DNA of 64,000 bases, taken from positions 164,982,001 through 165,046,000 of the forward strand of contig OZ024743.1 of the NCBI GenBank assembly GCA_964016885.1, read 5' to 3'. Positions 62,997-64,000 of the stretch are shown here, piece by piece (position 1 is the stretch's first letter; every line of letters starts with the position of its first letter). This stretch comes from Eledone cirrhosa (lineage: Eukaryota). The notes beneath the pieces are model-generated. The model ran no database searches and was not told the origin of the DNA. It saw only the letters and a program-made list of their open reading frames with translations. A program made the position numbers and the translations under genes.

Positions 62997-64000
62997 AGAA
63001 GATATAGTGTATTCATACTGTCACCTACTTACTTACACTCGAAACTGCACATTCATACATGTGAACATACATACATACATAATTGTATATGTATGCATAA
63101 ACATGTGATCCAATTGGAAAGAAACTACAGTAGAGAAAGGCAAAAGAAGTACTAATAGCTGATCTCACAGAGGAGATGATGAAGCAACACAATGAGTGGA
63201 AGAATGCTGTGTTGGAAAAGACCTATCCCACCCATGCAAACATGGGAAAATTGATATATGTATGCACGTGTGTGTGTGTGTGCATGTGTATATTGGTGAC
63301 CAACAAGATAAATGCACCTAGTTTACTTTTAAAGTGGTTGTGATAGGAAGGGCATTCAGCCATAGAAAACTTGCTTAGCAAAGGATCAGGATGACTCTTC
63401 AGTTGTATTAACGACATGACCATCTTCCCCGTGCTGGTGCCATGATAACATGCACTTGGTAGAGCATGGAAATGTTTGGCTTGGAAGATGTGGGGCCCCA
63501 TCGGTCTATCTGAGAGGTCTGTAGCTCCACTTAAGTACTGATTTGGTATGTGACACCTCATTGAACTCTTGCTAGCAGGAAAACTGGACTTTACATTGTA
63601 ATGATGATATATATGTGTAGTATGTACATATATGTATATATATATATACATATTTTTGGCTTAGGTGGTTAATGCCTTCTTGACCACTTTTCAGTTTGTA
63701 TGGCGTTTTAACATATTGTTTAGCTCTAGTTTTCTTAACTATTGGAGCGCTTGCCAGCATTTCTATGATTTTGCGTTTCGTTTCGCTTTTTCTCCCAGCC
63801 GAAATACGATTCTCGCTGAATATATATTTATATTAATCTCCCGAGTCTTACAATTAACCTGTTAATAATTCTATTGACAGATTAATTGCATAAGTTTATT
63901 TTAAAAACTACCCGGTTGAGTGCTTATTCGATTTGTGCTATCTATGCAATTTTTTGTATGATATACACATACTGAATTCATTTGCCAAAACCTGGGGAAT

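Overview
Eukaryotic, AT-rich, repeat-saturated animal DNA; the SINE/LINE complement and microsatellite density suggest a coleoid cephalopod, probably Octopus (inference). The only host gene I can support is the 3' part of CCDC22 (CCC/Commander complex) on the minus strand: six GT-AG phase-0 coding exons (59988-60089, 49225-49332, 48141-48236, 47312-47371, 32068-32142, 7724-7840; 185 aa + stop) separated by 0.8-24 kb introns. The rest is mostly decayed transposable elements: a Gypsy pol with PPT and 3' LTR; RTE, Tx1/L1, R4/Dong, CR1, Vingi-like and CRE-like LINE fragments; Penelope-like RT and GIY-YIG fragments; a non-autonomous Helitron; TA- and TTAA-flanked MITEs; tRNA-derived SINEs. The most striking non-coding structure is a 1.7-kb intronic element (51284-52985) with ~420-bp inverted arms, each carrying a type I hammerhead ribozyme with an intact core and palindromic stem III; one lies on the CCDC22 pre-mRNA strand. 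A second inverted-repeat element with a long-stem-II hammerhead variant sits next to it. Also notable: a perfect splice donor 68 nt after the CCDC22 stop with a candidate downstream exon, and a nest of retroelements joined at (TTA)n tracts. TE boundaries are read by eye and approximate; no database searches or folding computations were run.
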